From: Carcharhinus longimanus
Taxonomy: Eukaryota
Reading direction: 5' to 3'
Assembly: GCA_030264375.1 (NCBI GenBank)
Contig: JASCQW010000109.1
Coordinates: 68,909,351 to 68,973,350, forward strand
DNA: 64,000 nucleotides
Of this stretch, positions 1-10,390 are shown in pieces (position 1 is the first letter of the stretch; each line of letters opens with the position of its first letter). The translations under genes were made by a program, and so were the position numbers. Under the pieces are notes generated by a model, which worked only from the letters and a program-made list of their open reading frames with translations, did not search any database and was not told the DNA's origin.

Positions 1-1206
1 CTGTATTCACATCTGAGAACCATAAAATTTTTCCAACAATAGAAGCAACATTTTTCCATTATTTTTTCTTCCTTATAATATGTTTTACCGTAATTGTAAT
101 TCGTAACTCGTTCCCATTATGTTTTGGCACTCTGCGCTCTCTTTATCGTGAGCGCATGATCCTCATGGATTGGGATGAGGCATAAACTAATCCAGAAGCT
201 CCAATTTGTCGTCAGCCGCAATAGTTCAGAAATGCCGAACACATTCAGAATATTCCTCTGCAACAATCAAATGGAATGTCCGATTTACCTAACAAAATTT
301 GATTAATATTAGAAACGAAATAGCAGGAAAATGTGGCACCTATATGCCATTCAGTCATTCTGAAACATCAGAACCGTATTTCATTTAGGTATAATGAATT
401 CTGAACCCATTAGAAATCAGGGTATCACCGCAGGTTGAGTGCCCTGAGTGATGACCTTAATAGATTTTTTAGTTTAATTAAAGAGAATATGTTTTTCAAA
501 TATTCATGATTCCACACTCGGAGTCATATTGCCTTTTACATTTTTTGAACTGACGTTCGCCACTTATTCCAAATATTTAATAATTCCTAGTATTTCAGTT
601 ATCCGTTTCTTCATCCATCAATAATCGTGATAAGGCTAACAGGAGCGATAATTCAGGTTTACATGGTATATCCGAAATTGGCTCACATATTTCACAAATC
701 ATGTAGATGCTTGTGTGCAAAATCATCTTTTTTCATTGGCCTGAAGAAAACTGTTTTCCAAATCATCTTAAAGTACTGTGATCAAAAATAATCATGTTTA
801 GTTTGAAGTGACGAGTCAGATACTGTACCTGGATAGGGGAGACTGAAAGCGTTTAAAAGTCCTTTGTCAAAGCAATCGAAAAACTCAAATAATTCCGAGA
901 ATACGGTCGCTGATACATTGATGGATATGGAACGTTTTACTTTGCAAAAGACAATCATCTCGTGGTATGTGGAAAAATACATATGATGCTGCCGTGACAA
1001 GTATTGAAACTGTCTTGACACAAATTATATGCTGAGGGAACGATTGGAAAGCTTCAACCTAATAATTCCATTGCAACTGAAATGAGCAGTGATGACATAT
1101 GTAGAAAGGCTGCTAATCGGAAATTTATGTCGTTATGAGCGTATTTTGATTGTGTACTTTGAAAAGGATATTCGTGATTGAAGGTCCCCACAACAGCAAC
1201 AGTGCA

Positions 1207-1299
1207 GCTTTAAGAAACAAAAACTGATTTAACCATAGACAGGGGCTCGCAGTGACGCCGTAGATCAATGAGGAATTCAAATCCAACCAGAGATCTATT
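1207..1299 (+). promoter_or_regulatory. Degenerate Pcdh promoter cassette (CSE-like) of the pseudogene
   Basis: GCTTTAAG at 1207, GTGACGCCG (CGCT box changed to CGCC at 1256), TCAAT at +9 and GATCTA at +36. The +9 and +36 offsets match the five intact promoters; lies 234 bp upstream of ATG 1490. Confidence 0.7.
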
Positions 1300-1489
1300 G
1301 CTCCTCCTCCCGCACAGAACCAGAGCAGGAACAGAAAGGCAACGTTTGCCTACGTTCATTTTGTGGAAAGGTCTCTCTCAGTTCACTCGGCATTTTGATC
1401 TTAAGGTATTTTGTAGATTATGCGGCTGAGAGGCGCTTGGCCTGAATAGACTGCCGGTTTATTTTGCACGTCTCCAAACAGAACAGGCA

Positions 1490-3984
1490 ATGGCAGAGCT
1501 ATGGTTAACCAACGCCTTAAAATTCAGAGAATTGGAAATAATTTTCTTCTTTTTATATCGGATCTGGTTTTCGGGAAAAAATTATTACTCTATTCACGAA
1601 GAAATGGATTCTGGCGCTTTTGTTGGAAATGTCGCCGAAGATTTGGAATTGAACATTCGGAGATTGTCAGCCCGAAAATTTCAACTGGCCTCTGATGATA
1701 AAAAGCAATGTTTGGAGGTGAATTCAGAAACCGGCATTTTATTTGCAAAGGAAAGGATAGATAGAGCAGCTGTGTGGGCAAAAACCAGCTTGTGTCCTTT
1801 CTTTCGAGGTTGTAGTGAAAAAAACCTTTGGAGATGTACTGCACTCAGGTGGAGATTCTTGATATAAATGATTATTCGCCCAGTTTCCCGGAGAATACCT
1901 TTCTCTTGCAAATGGCCGAACATACTGCCATGCTCCAGCTTTCCGCTAGAGAACGCGTTTGATGAAGATGTAGGGACAAATAGAATTACTGGTTACAACA
2001 TCAGCCCTATTGAGAACTTCGGTCTAAAAGTCGAGACTGCAGAAGACGGTAGCAAAATTGTCGAGTTGTTATTGGAGAAACCATTGGATCGCAAACAGCA
2101 GTCATCGTTTCAGCTGATGCTGACGGCCACTGACGGAGAGAGTCCTCCCAGATCTGGGAGCGCTCAGATTGTCATTACTGTGCTGGAAATCANNNNNNNN
2201 NNNNNNNNNNNNNNNNNNNNNNNNNNNNNNNNNNNNNNNNNNNNNNNNNNNNNNNNNNNNNNNNNNNNNNNNNNNNNNNNNNNNNNNNNNNNCAGATTGT
2301 CATTACTGTGCTGGAAATCAACGACAATGCGCCTGCCTTCGATAGCAAGATCTACAAGTTCAACCTGGTGGAAAACTCACCTAGAGAAACGTTGGTGGTT
2401 TCAGTCCATGCCATTGATGCAGACGACTGTCCAAATGCGGAGGTTCTTATTCTTTCAGTAACCGCGTTTCTTCAGAAAATGCAAGAACTATTTAGTTTTG
2501 ATCCGCGAGCAGAAGAGATTAGGCTTCAAGGCAAAATTGATTATGAAGAAGCAAGCAATTATTCATTTGATGTTCAAGCTGTCGACAATGGTTCACTGGT
2601 AATTGCTGGACATTCTAAAGTTGTGATTAATGTAACTGATGTGAATGATAACGCCCTGAGATATTATTAACGTCCTTGTCTCACGTGATCCCTAAGATGC
2701 TGCTCCCAGGGCTGTGACAGCGTTGATCAATGTAACGGATCGTGATTTCGGAAGAAGCGGACAGGTGACCTGTGATCTCGCTAAGATTGTTCCATTTAAA
2801 CTTCAAGCACCTTTGAGTGGTCGTTATAAATTAAACAATGACATGTTGGATCGTGAAACCATCTCCTTATACAACAATTTACACTTTTATCCAGGGACTC
2901 CGGGTCTCCTTCGCTGTCAACAAATATAACTATTCAAATATCCGTCTGTGATATAAATGATAACGTCCCAAAATTTCCTCGCCCCAGGGACACAGCGTAT
3001 GTGATGGAGAATAACGCCCTTGATGTTTCCGCCTTCGATCCTGATCTAGATCAGAATTCCTACATCACTTACTCTTTCATAGAAAATCGCATCCCAAAAT
3101 TTGCCATTGTCAAATTATCTCAATCTTAATTCGATGAACGGGACCATTTACGCACTGCGCTCCTTTGACTACGAGGAAGTCAAAAATTTCCAGATTCAAT
3201 TGCAAGCCCGAGACGCTGGCGTCCCCCCTCTGAGCAGCAGCGCAACATTGAATGTGATCATCCTGGATCAAAATGACAACGCTCCAGTCATTGTTTCACC
3301 TTCAGCACAGAGCGGAACAGCGGCAGTGGAAATTGTGCCTCAGTCAGCGGCTCAGGGTTACTTGGTCACCAAGATAATCGCAACTGATGCTGATTCAGAT
3401 CAGAACGCACGACTCCACTAACAGATGCTGAAAGCCACTGTTATCGGTTTGTTCATCGAGGGGCTGAACTCTGGAGAAATCAGAACAGCCCGAGGAATTT
3501 TGGAGAAGGATGCCCTCAGTCAAACTCTGGTCATCTTGGTGAAGGATAATAGACAGCCCAGTCTCTCCAGCACTGTTACAATCAACTTTTCAGTTCTGGG
3601 GAATGTTGCTGAAATTTACTCGGTAAGTAGCAATTTAGTGACAAATCCTGAATATAATGCTGATATACATTTTTATTTAATTTTAGGGTCAACTTCCTTT
3701 ATATTTCTTGTAACCATCATTTTGTTGATTGGCATCAAGTGTAAACAGGATAGAAGTACGACTGAAGATTACAATTCCCCAAGTTGTTGCTATAGACTGG
3801 GTGATTCTGAATGATTTTCATCTGGGGCCTACACGGAGAGTCTTTCAATTACCCTGCGGCTGGCGGTATTGTTTGCATGCCTACAGCGCATCATTATGCA
3901 GTTTGTTTGTCTGCGGAATCAGTCAAAAGCGATTTTCTGTTTTTGAATCCCGACACACCGGCCATGTCTCAGGAACAGTTTTAA
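1490..3984 (+). pseudogene. Clustered protocadherin variable-type gene with multiple frameshifts and stops
   Basis: Cadherin pieces spread over ORFs 1490, 1868, 2308, 2714, 3101 and 3425 (YSIHEE..GAFVGNVAEDL, INDNAP, DYEE, DVNDN, DQNDNAP, ATDADS, TM segment). In-frame TAA between the 3101 and 3425 ORFs. The tail HYAVCLSAESVKSDFLFLNP ends at TAA 3982-3984 in another frame. Contains a 100-N gap. Confidence 0.85.
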
Positions 3985-4621
3985 ATTCTGAAGATTTGAC
4001 AACATTTAGGCAGAGCGGAATTACTGGCAACGTTTGTTAAATCCGAACTCGCGAACCCGCCGCCTGTATTGCTGAAACGCTTTTGCTTTGAGGATCACGA
4101 TCATGGAATGAAAGATTGGTTCTTGTTTTGCAACTGACAGTGTTGTTAATCAAAAGATATTTGGCAAAATAAAAGGCTTCATGATATCACAGCGACGCGT
4201 CTGGAACTGGCATTCCTTAGCTAAGAAGGAAATCTGGCAGACCAGTTGTTCCATTAGCTACACATTTGGGTTTGCTTTAAAATGTGCCCCACAATTAAAC
4301 TTGGGGCATTATTACCTAAATGAATGTAGAGAATTTCCCTATTTGCTACTTTAAATGCCAACACAAGTGATTAGAGGGTCTTTATAAACATTGGGAAAGG
4401 CAATGGGTGCGATTGAATTTAATAACCAGCCCAACGGATTCTCATGGTTGCTTCAACATTGATGCTCCCCTGAAGCTGTTTAATAAGACAAGAAATCGGC
4501 GGAGAACTACTTACAAATACCCCGTTTTAGTGTGATAAAGTCTAAAATATGTTGGGATCCAGCAAATTTAAATATAAGAACCTAGATAAGAACTAAGAAT
4601 CAAAAAAAGACTACTTACAAG

Positions 4622-4865
4622 CATAGAAATATAAACATAGGAGCAGGATGAGGCCATTCTGCGCTTCGAGCCTGCTCCGCCATTAAGTATGATCTGACAT
4701 TAAGTATGATCATGGCTGATTATCCAACTCAGCAACCAATTCCCGCGTTCCCCCACATCCTTTTATCCATATAACCCCGAGTGCCATGTCTAATTCATTC
4801 TTGAAAGCGTACGTTTCTGAGCTTCAACTGCTTTCTGTGGAAGCGAGTCCTACAGGCTCACCGGA
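4622..4865 (-). mobile_element. CR1-clade LINE 3' end
   Basis: Reverse complement of the CR1 3' tail (ggagcaggatgaggccattc..cttcgagcctgctccgccatt) that recurs at 5760-5812, 21842-21917 and 29125-29200. Confidence 0.75.
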
Positions 4866-4869
4866 CTAT

Positions 4870-5813
4870 CTGCTTGGCAGATGCAATATAATATGGATCA
4901 ATGTGAGTTTATCCACTTCGGTAGCAAAAATAAGAGGATGGATTTTTATTGGAGTGGGTGTAAATTGAGAGAGTCGGATACTCAGTGAGACCTTGATGTC
5001 CTCCTGCGCCAGTTGCTGAAAGTAAGTGCGCAGATATATCAGGGAATGCATTCTAATTAGTTTTCTGTAAACTATGTGTGTCTTTGTATGCCCTTCTCTG
5101 ACCAGAACCTTGTTAACACCTGACGAAGGAACATCGTTTCTGAATGCTTGTGGGATTACTATCAAATAAACTGGTTGGACTTAAACCTGTTGTTGTCAGA
5201 CTTCGTACTCTGTTTACCCCAGTCCAACGCCGGCATCTCTACATCATTACTACAGCTGGACAGGGCATTGGTGAGGTCACATGAGGAGTATTTTGTGCAG
5301 TTGTCCTAACTGAGGAAGGATAGCCTTGCTATAGTGGGAGCACAGCGAAGGTTTATCTGGCTGATTCCTGGATGGCGATTCTGTCGTGTCAGGAGAGATT
5401 AAATCGGTTAGGACTTTATTCATTAGAGTTTAGAAGAGTGAGAGGGATCTCATAGAAACTTATAAAATTCAAACAGGCTTGGGCAGAGTAAATTCAGAAA
5501 GAATGTTCCCGATGGTGGGGAGTCCAGGGCTAGAGGTTTGAGGGTTTGAGGATAAGGGGTAAACTTTGTGGGACTGAACTGAGGAGAAATGTCTTCACCA
5601 AGAGAGTGGGGAATTTGTGGAATTTACTCCCACGGAAAGTAATTGAGCCCAGAACAATGTGTGAGATCAAGAAGAAGTTAGATGTCGGTCTTGGGGCAAA
5701 AAGGATCAAGGGATATGGAGGGATATTGATTTCGATCATCAACTGTAATCAAAATTAATGGCAGATCATGCTTGAAAGGCCGAATGGCCTACTCATGCTT
5801 CTATTTTCTATGT
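4870..5813 (+). mobile_element. CR1-clade LINE RT C-terminus and 3' UTR, interrupted by a Penelope-like fragment
   Basis: Degenerate LVRxHxEY-type coding; ORF 5546 ELRRNVFTKRVGNLWNLLP; tail ggccgaatggcctactcatgcttctattttctatgtt. Confidence 0.8.
5055..5250 (+). mobile_element. Penelope-like element terminal repeat fragment with hammerhead-like core
   Basis: cacCTGACGAaggaacatcgtttctGAAtgcttgtg followed by aaataaactggttggact..ccccagtccaacgccggcatctc. The last part is repeated at 12596-12645. Sits inside a CR1. Confidence 0.6.
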
Positions 5814-5814
5814 T

Positions 5815-6280
5815 GTTTTGAATCTTCTCGCTAAGAAGATCAATATAACATGTGCTTTACCATTGAGTTTCCCTGTGAGCTTACTTTCAGGAACTGGCGT
5901 ACAAGGGCACCAAGGAGTCGTTGTACATTCCCCTCTTTCCATTAGAACTATATTCAGGTAATAATCAGCCTTCCTAGCTGGGATCCCAGCAGTGAACTCT
6001 GTGGTATCACACCTGTCATTGTCCGCCATTTGTAATCGACGCATTGTTTCGTGTTGCCATCCAGCGTTTTATCCATCTCAATACATTATCTCAATCCCAT
6101 GCATTTGTTTTACACACTAATCTCTTATGAGCGTCTTTGAACATCCAAATGAATAACATCCACTGGTTCCCCTCGTCATCTTCTTGCTGCATTCTCAAAT
6201 AATTCCAGGAGATTTGTTGAGCATGATTTATTTTTCATCCATCCATGCTGAGGCTGTCAGATCCTGCCACAGTTTTCCAT
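5815..6280 (-). mobile_element. Degenerate CR1 LINE RT fragment
   Basis: Minus strand resembles CR1 RT DNA (cagcatgga QHG-like region, gatgttattcatttggatgttcaaaga D-V-I-x-L-D-x-Q motif). Confidence 0.55.
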
Positions 6281-6284
6281 GTCG

Positions 6285-6415
6285 ATTAGGGGGATTAGCG
6301 GGTTAAATTACAGGGTTAAGGATTTGATTCTCGGGGTGGGCCGAAGTATGATGCGTACCGGTGCTGACTTGATGGGCCGAATGGCCTCCTTCTGCACTGT
6401 AGAGATTCTATGATA
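6285..6415 (+). mobile_element. HE1-like V-SINE 3' tail fragment
   Basis: gattagcgggttaaat...gatgggccgaatggcctccttctgcactgtagagattctatgat; the same tail as at 35090-35197 and 56040-56300. Confidence 0.7.
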
Positions 6416-6499
6416 GTTCTTTGCCATTCGCATTCATGTTATCATTGTTTATGATGGGCCAACTCCACAGCTATGCATATAAAAACCCAAAATATCTCT

Positions 6500-6849
6500 G
6501 AACTACATCACTTGATTTCTGCATTCCCTCTGTATTGCCCACAAGTAATGTATGCTCCTCCTGCCAGATGAGGGAAATTAGGAAGCAATCTAGTCTCCAT
6601 GACAACTTTGTCTGCAGGAAGTTTGTCCAGTTGCAGCTCCTTACAGACTGCATTGTTCGGATTGAGCGGCAGATGGATGCACTGCGAAGCATACAGGAAG
6701 TAGAAAGTGTGATAGGCATTAGTTCCGGGGAGGTTGTCACACCACAGGTTCAGTCAGGTAGATGGGTGACCGCCAAGAGAGGCAGGTAAATAATGCAGGA
6801 GTCTCCTTTGGCTATTCCCCTTTCAGAGAGGTATACAGTTATGGATATT
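6500..6849 (+). mobile_element. CR1 LINE ORF1 fragment
   Basis: ORF 6535 CSSCQMRE..VCRKFVQLQLLTDCIVRIERQMDALRSIQE: Cys knuckle plus coiled coil typical of CR1 ORF1. Homologous to ORF 39674-39892. Confidence 0.7.
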
Positions 6850-7486
6850 NNNNNNNNNNNNNNNNNNNNNNNNNNNNNNNNNNNNNNNNNNNNNNNNNNN
6901 NNNNNNNNNNNNNNNNNNNNNNNNNNNNNNNNNNNNNNNNNNNNNNNNNCTATAAAGAGACAGAGAGGTGCTGATGAACTTTTAATCAAACGGACAAACA
7001 AAAACGACTAAGCAGGAAAAGACAATTTTTAATTTTGTATTCCTCTGCCCGGATTTATGAGCATTAAGATTTTCACATTTACTTCCTCCACATTCCGTTT
7101 GTCCCTGAGAAAAATGTATTTAATCGAAGAGGATTAGCAAAACGACGAGCAGATCATTGCAACATTGTTCTAGTTGCATCTAGCAATTTGGGAGAACTTT
7201 CTAGATTGGCATTTTGCTGTTTATGATGCGTTTTGATACTGGAGTGGTCGCCAATGGACTCACTGCATCGCTACCCCACTAAATGCTAGCCCCATTAATT
7301 GATGCAGCACTACATAATTGATGACAAATGTCAGAAGCAGCAGCCTTATGTTTCTGGCAGCAGCGTTGTTAGTCGTCTTTTATATGATGCTTCCAAATTT
7401 CATCTAACAAGCCATGATATAAAGATTATTATACAAGAAATCCATCTGGTTTGCATCTTTGCTGATCAAGACAAGCTACACATGAA

Positions 7487-7560
7487 CAGAACATAAGAAC
7501 ACAAGAACATAAGAAATACGAGCTGGAGTAGGCCATCTAGCCCTTCGATCCTGCCCCGCG
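7487..7560 (-). mobile_element. Short CR1 3' terminal fragment with (AAGAACAT)n tail
   Basis: Near-identical to 49296-49368 and to the reverse complement of 21842-21917. Confidence 0.75.
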
Positions 7561-7705
7561 AATAGGGTGAACGTCAATATTCGATCGCATAAAATGTTGA
7601 TGGTCATTGTGAGGCGGCACTCTGCCATTCGGGTCTACAATTTTACTTTACAAGCATTACTTTAAATATCGTTGGCAGTTTCAGAATTCATACGGAGACA
7701 GACAT

Positions 7706-7795
7706 GCTTTAAGGACCTTTTGCTGCAAGTATTGACTGAGACTTACCGTGTCGCTGTGTACCAATTAGGAGCTGTTACGTCGCAAGAGATCTACC
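7706..7795 (+). promoter_or_regulatory. Pcdh promoter with CSE/CGCT box (putative CTCF site)
   Basis: GCTTTAAG 7706, TGCAA 7724, GTGTCGCTG (CGCT 7752), CCAAT 7761, GATCTACC 7788; 266 bp upstream of the ATG. Confidence 0.85.
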
Positions 7796-8017
7796 CCCTC
7801 CCCCGTTGTCAGAACAGACCAGAAGAAGAGAAAGACAGAGATGCTCGCTGTGTGCGCATTACGCTTTGCGGCCATGTTCAGGAACAAGCGTCAGGTTTAA
7901 TATTTCAATATCTCGGCTTAATATCGGTTATCAAATTCTATGTGAGACACTCATGGAGTTCATTTAAACGATTGGAGTAGATTTGGGTATTTTGAAAACA
8001 AAATCCAGCCCAGAACA

Positions 8018-10390
8018 ATGGCGATTACGAGCAGGGGAGGAACGCCTTTTATTTTCTTTCTTTGTGTGTTGGACCTGGTTTCGGGACAAATTCGCTACTC
8101 GATTCCCGAGGAACTGGAGCGTGGGGCCTTTGTTGGGAATATCGCTGAGGATTTGAAGATGCAGGTCTGGGAGTTACCCGCTCGCAAGATTCGGCTTCTC
8201 TCTGATATCAGGAAGGAATATATTGAGGTAAATTTAGAGAATGGGATTTTATATATTAATCAAAGAATCGACGGAGAGGAGATTTGCAGACAAAGTTCCA
8301 GCTGTTCTCTTTCTCTAGAAATAGCGCTGAACAATCCTTTGGAAATGCACAGCGCTGTGGTGGAAATATTAGATATAAATGACAATTCACCTAGTTTTGA
8401 AAAGGAAGGATTTTCATTGGAGATCAGTGAACTAATTGCACCTGGCACGCGCTTTCCTGTCGAGAGCGCGTATGATACTGACGCGGGCACAAATGGAATC
8501 AATACTTATCAGATCAGTCCAAACGAACTCTTCGGCCTCGAAGTGAGAAGCAGGAGCGATGGGAGTAAAAGTGCGGAACTGGTATTAGAGAACCCCTTGG
8601 ACCGTGAACAACAGTCCAGCTATGAACTAGTATTGACCGCCGTCGACGGCGGAATACCTCAGAGATCTGGCACAGCTCGGATTGTCATTGTTGTGCTGGA
8701 CAGCAACGATAACGCACCTGTATTCGATCATGAAATATACCGGACTGATGTGATTGAAAACGCTGCTCTAGGTACATTCCTCCTAAGAATCAACGCTGCC
8801 GATTCAGATGAGGGGACAAATGCTGAGGTATCATATTCTTTCACCAGACACGTTCCCCGAAAGATACGTGAAATATTCAAATTGGATCCGGTAACAGGAG
8901 AGATTTCGATTCAAGGTGTAATGGATTTCGAGGAATCAAGTGTTTATGAACTGGATGTACAGGCAGTGGATAATGTTCCACTTGTAGGCCATGCCAAAGT
9001 TATGGTTGAACTAATTGATATGAATGATAACGCACCCCAGGTAGAGTTCGTATCAGTATCCAATGCAATCGTTGAAGATGCCCAACTTGGAACTGTGATT
9101 GCTATAATTAAGGTGACTGATCGAGATTCAGGAGAAAATGGGCAGATTTATTGCCAGATTTCTGGGAATGTTCCATTTAAATTACAAAAATCTTTACGGA
9201 ACACTTATAAATTGGTTACAAATGATATCCTCGATCGTGAAACAGTGCCAGGGTACAACATCACTATTTCAGCATGGGACAGAGGATCGCCCCCTCTGTC
9301 AACACAGAAAACTATCACGGTCTCTGTTTCTGATAAAAATGATAACGCACCGAATTTCACACAATCGTTATACAATGTATATCTGATGGAAAACAACACT
9401 CCCGGTGCTTCCATATTTGCAGTTACGGCTTTAGATTCTGATATGGACCATAATGGTCAGGTGGCGTATTCTATTTTGGAGAATCGGATGGAACAAGGAC
9501 CTGGTCACGTCACAATTAATACCAAAAATGGCAACATTTACTCACTTCGCTCCTTTGACTATGAACAACTGAAGCAATTCCAGTTCAAAGTTCAAGCCCA
9601 GGATGATGGATCTCCTCCTCTGAGCAGCACTGCTACGGTGAATGTTATTATCCTGGACCAAAATGACAATGCTCCAATTATTGTTTCACCTTTAGTATGG
9701 AACGGCTCAGCATCAGTGGATGTTAGGCCGCAGTCTGTATATCCAGGATACCTTGTCACCAAGGTAATCGCCACTGATGCTGATTCTGGACAGAACGCAC
9801 GGCTTTCATACCAATTGTTGGAGGCCCCTGATCCCGGCTTGTTTAATGTGGATCTCCTGTCTGGTGAAATCAGAGCAACTCGGCATTTTGCAGATAATGA
9901 CATCATCATAGAAAGACTGGTGCTTTTGGTAAAAGATAATGGGCAACCCACTCTCTCCTGTACGGCCACAATCTCCTTTACAATCTTGTCCAATGTTACA
10001 GAGGAATCTTCCAAATTAACCTACAAAGCCAAATATTTTTCGGATTTGAATCGTTATTTGATCATCATTTTAGGATCAACTTCATTTCTGTTTCTTGTCA
10101 TCATAACTTTTCTGATCACCCTGAAGTTTAAACAAGAAAGCAATGTTGCTGAAGATCACAGCACCAGAGTTTGCTGCTGTTGTCGGAGGAATTCTAATCT
10201 GTCCTTTAATCCGAGCCCTCCAGGAAATGTGTCTTTAACTTATAGTGGACCTGGTCAGGCTGAAAGATTTGGTTATACGGTATGTTTATCTCCAGAATCA
10301 TCCAAGAGAGATTTTCTCTTTTTAAAACCCTGTCATCCAACTTTGCCTTTCAATGAAGTGAATATCCACAACACTAACGGGATGACATAA
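8018..10390 (+). CDS. Clustered protocadherin, single-exon ORF (790 aa)
   Basis: Signal peptide ending VSG/QIRYSIPEE, six cadherin repeats (DINDNSP, LDRE, DSNDNAP, DMNDNAP, DQNDNAP), TM YLIIILGSTSFLFLVIITFLITL, tail YTVCLSPESSKRDFLFLKP; Kozak ACAATGG. Confidence 0.95.
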   Translation: MAITSRGGTPFIFFLCVLDLVSGQIRYSIPEELERGAFVGNIAEDLKMQVWELPARKIRLLSDIRKEYIEVNLENGILYINQRIDGEEICRQSSSCSLSLEIALNNPLEMHSAVVEILDINDNSPSFEKEGFSLEISELIAPGTRFPVESAYDTDAGTNGINTYQISPNELFGLEVRSRSDGSKSAELVLENPLDREQQSSYELVLTAVDGGIPQRSGTARIVIVVLDSNDNAPVFDHEIYRTDVIENAALGTFLLRINAADSDEGTNAEVSYSFTRHVPRKIREIFKLDPVTGEISIQGVMDFEESSVYELDVQAVDNVPLVGHAKVMVELIDMNDNAPQVEFVSVSNAIVEDAQLGTVIAIIKVTDRDSGENGQIYCQISGNVPFKLQKSLRNTYKLVTNDILDRETVPGYNITISAWDRGSPPLSTQKTITVSVSDKNDNAPNFTQSLYNVYLMENNTPGASIFAVTALDSDMDHNGQVAYSILENRMEQGPGHVTINTKNGNIYSLRSFDYEQLKQFQFKVQAQDDGSPPLSSTATVNVIILDQNDNAPIIVSPLVWNGSASVDVRPQSVYPGYLVTKVIATDADSGQNARLSYQLLEAPDPGLFNVDLLSGEIRATRHFADNDIIIERLVLLVKDNGQPTLSCTATISFTILSNVTEESSKLTYKAKYFSDLNRYLIIILGSTSFLFLVIITFLITLKFKQESNVAEDHSTRVCCCCRRNSNLSFNPSPPGNVSLTYSGPGQAERFGYTVCLSPESSKRDFLFLKPCHPTLPFNEVNIHNTNGMT

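Noticed and set aside
2165-2320. 28-bp direct repeat (cagattgtcattactgtgctggaaatca) flanking a 100-N gap, resembling a target-site duplication
   Set aside because: Identical sequence on both sides of a round 100-N gap is typical of unmerged overlapping contig ends; collapsing it restores continuous cadherin coding.
8630-8680. Exonic CTCF site analogous to the Pcdh-alpha eCBS in the TAxDGG-coding region
   Set aside because: Only a partial match by eye, and the conservation is explained by protein constraint; needs a PWM scan and ChIP.
8260-10014. Recurrent antisense ORFs inside each Pcdh exon (e.g. 8260, 9205, 9592, 16598, 17552, 31447, 56932)
   Set aside because: Shadow ORFs from sense-strand codon usage; starts and stops are not consistent across paralogs.
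10355-10365. In-frame GAA|GTGAAT as the donor to constant exons (also at 47814)
   Set aside because: Present in only two of five genes; the aligned positions in the others lack a credible donor. Minor use cannot be excluded without RNA data.
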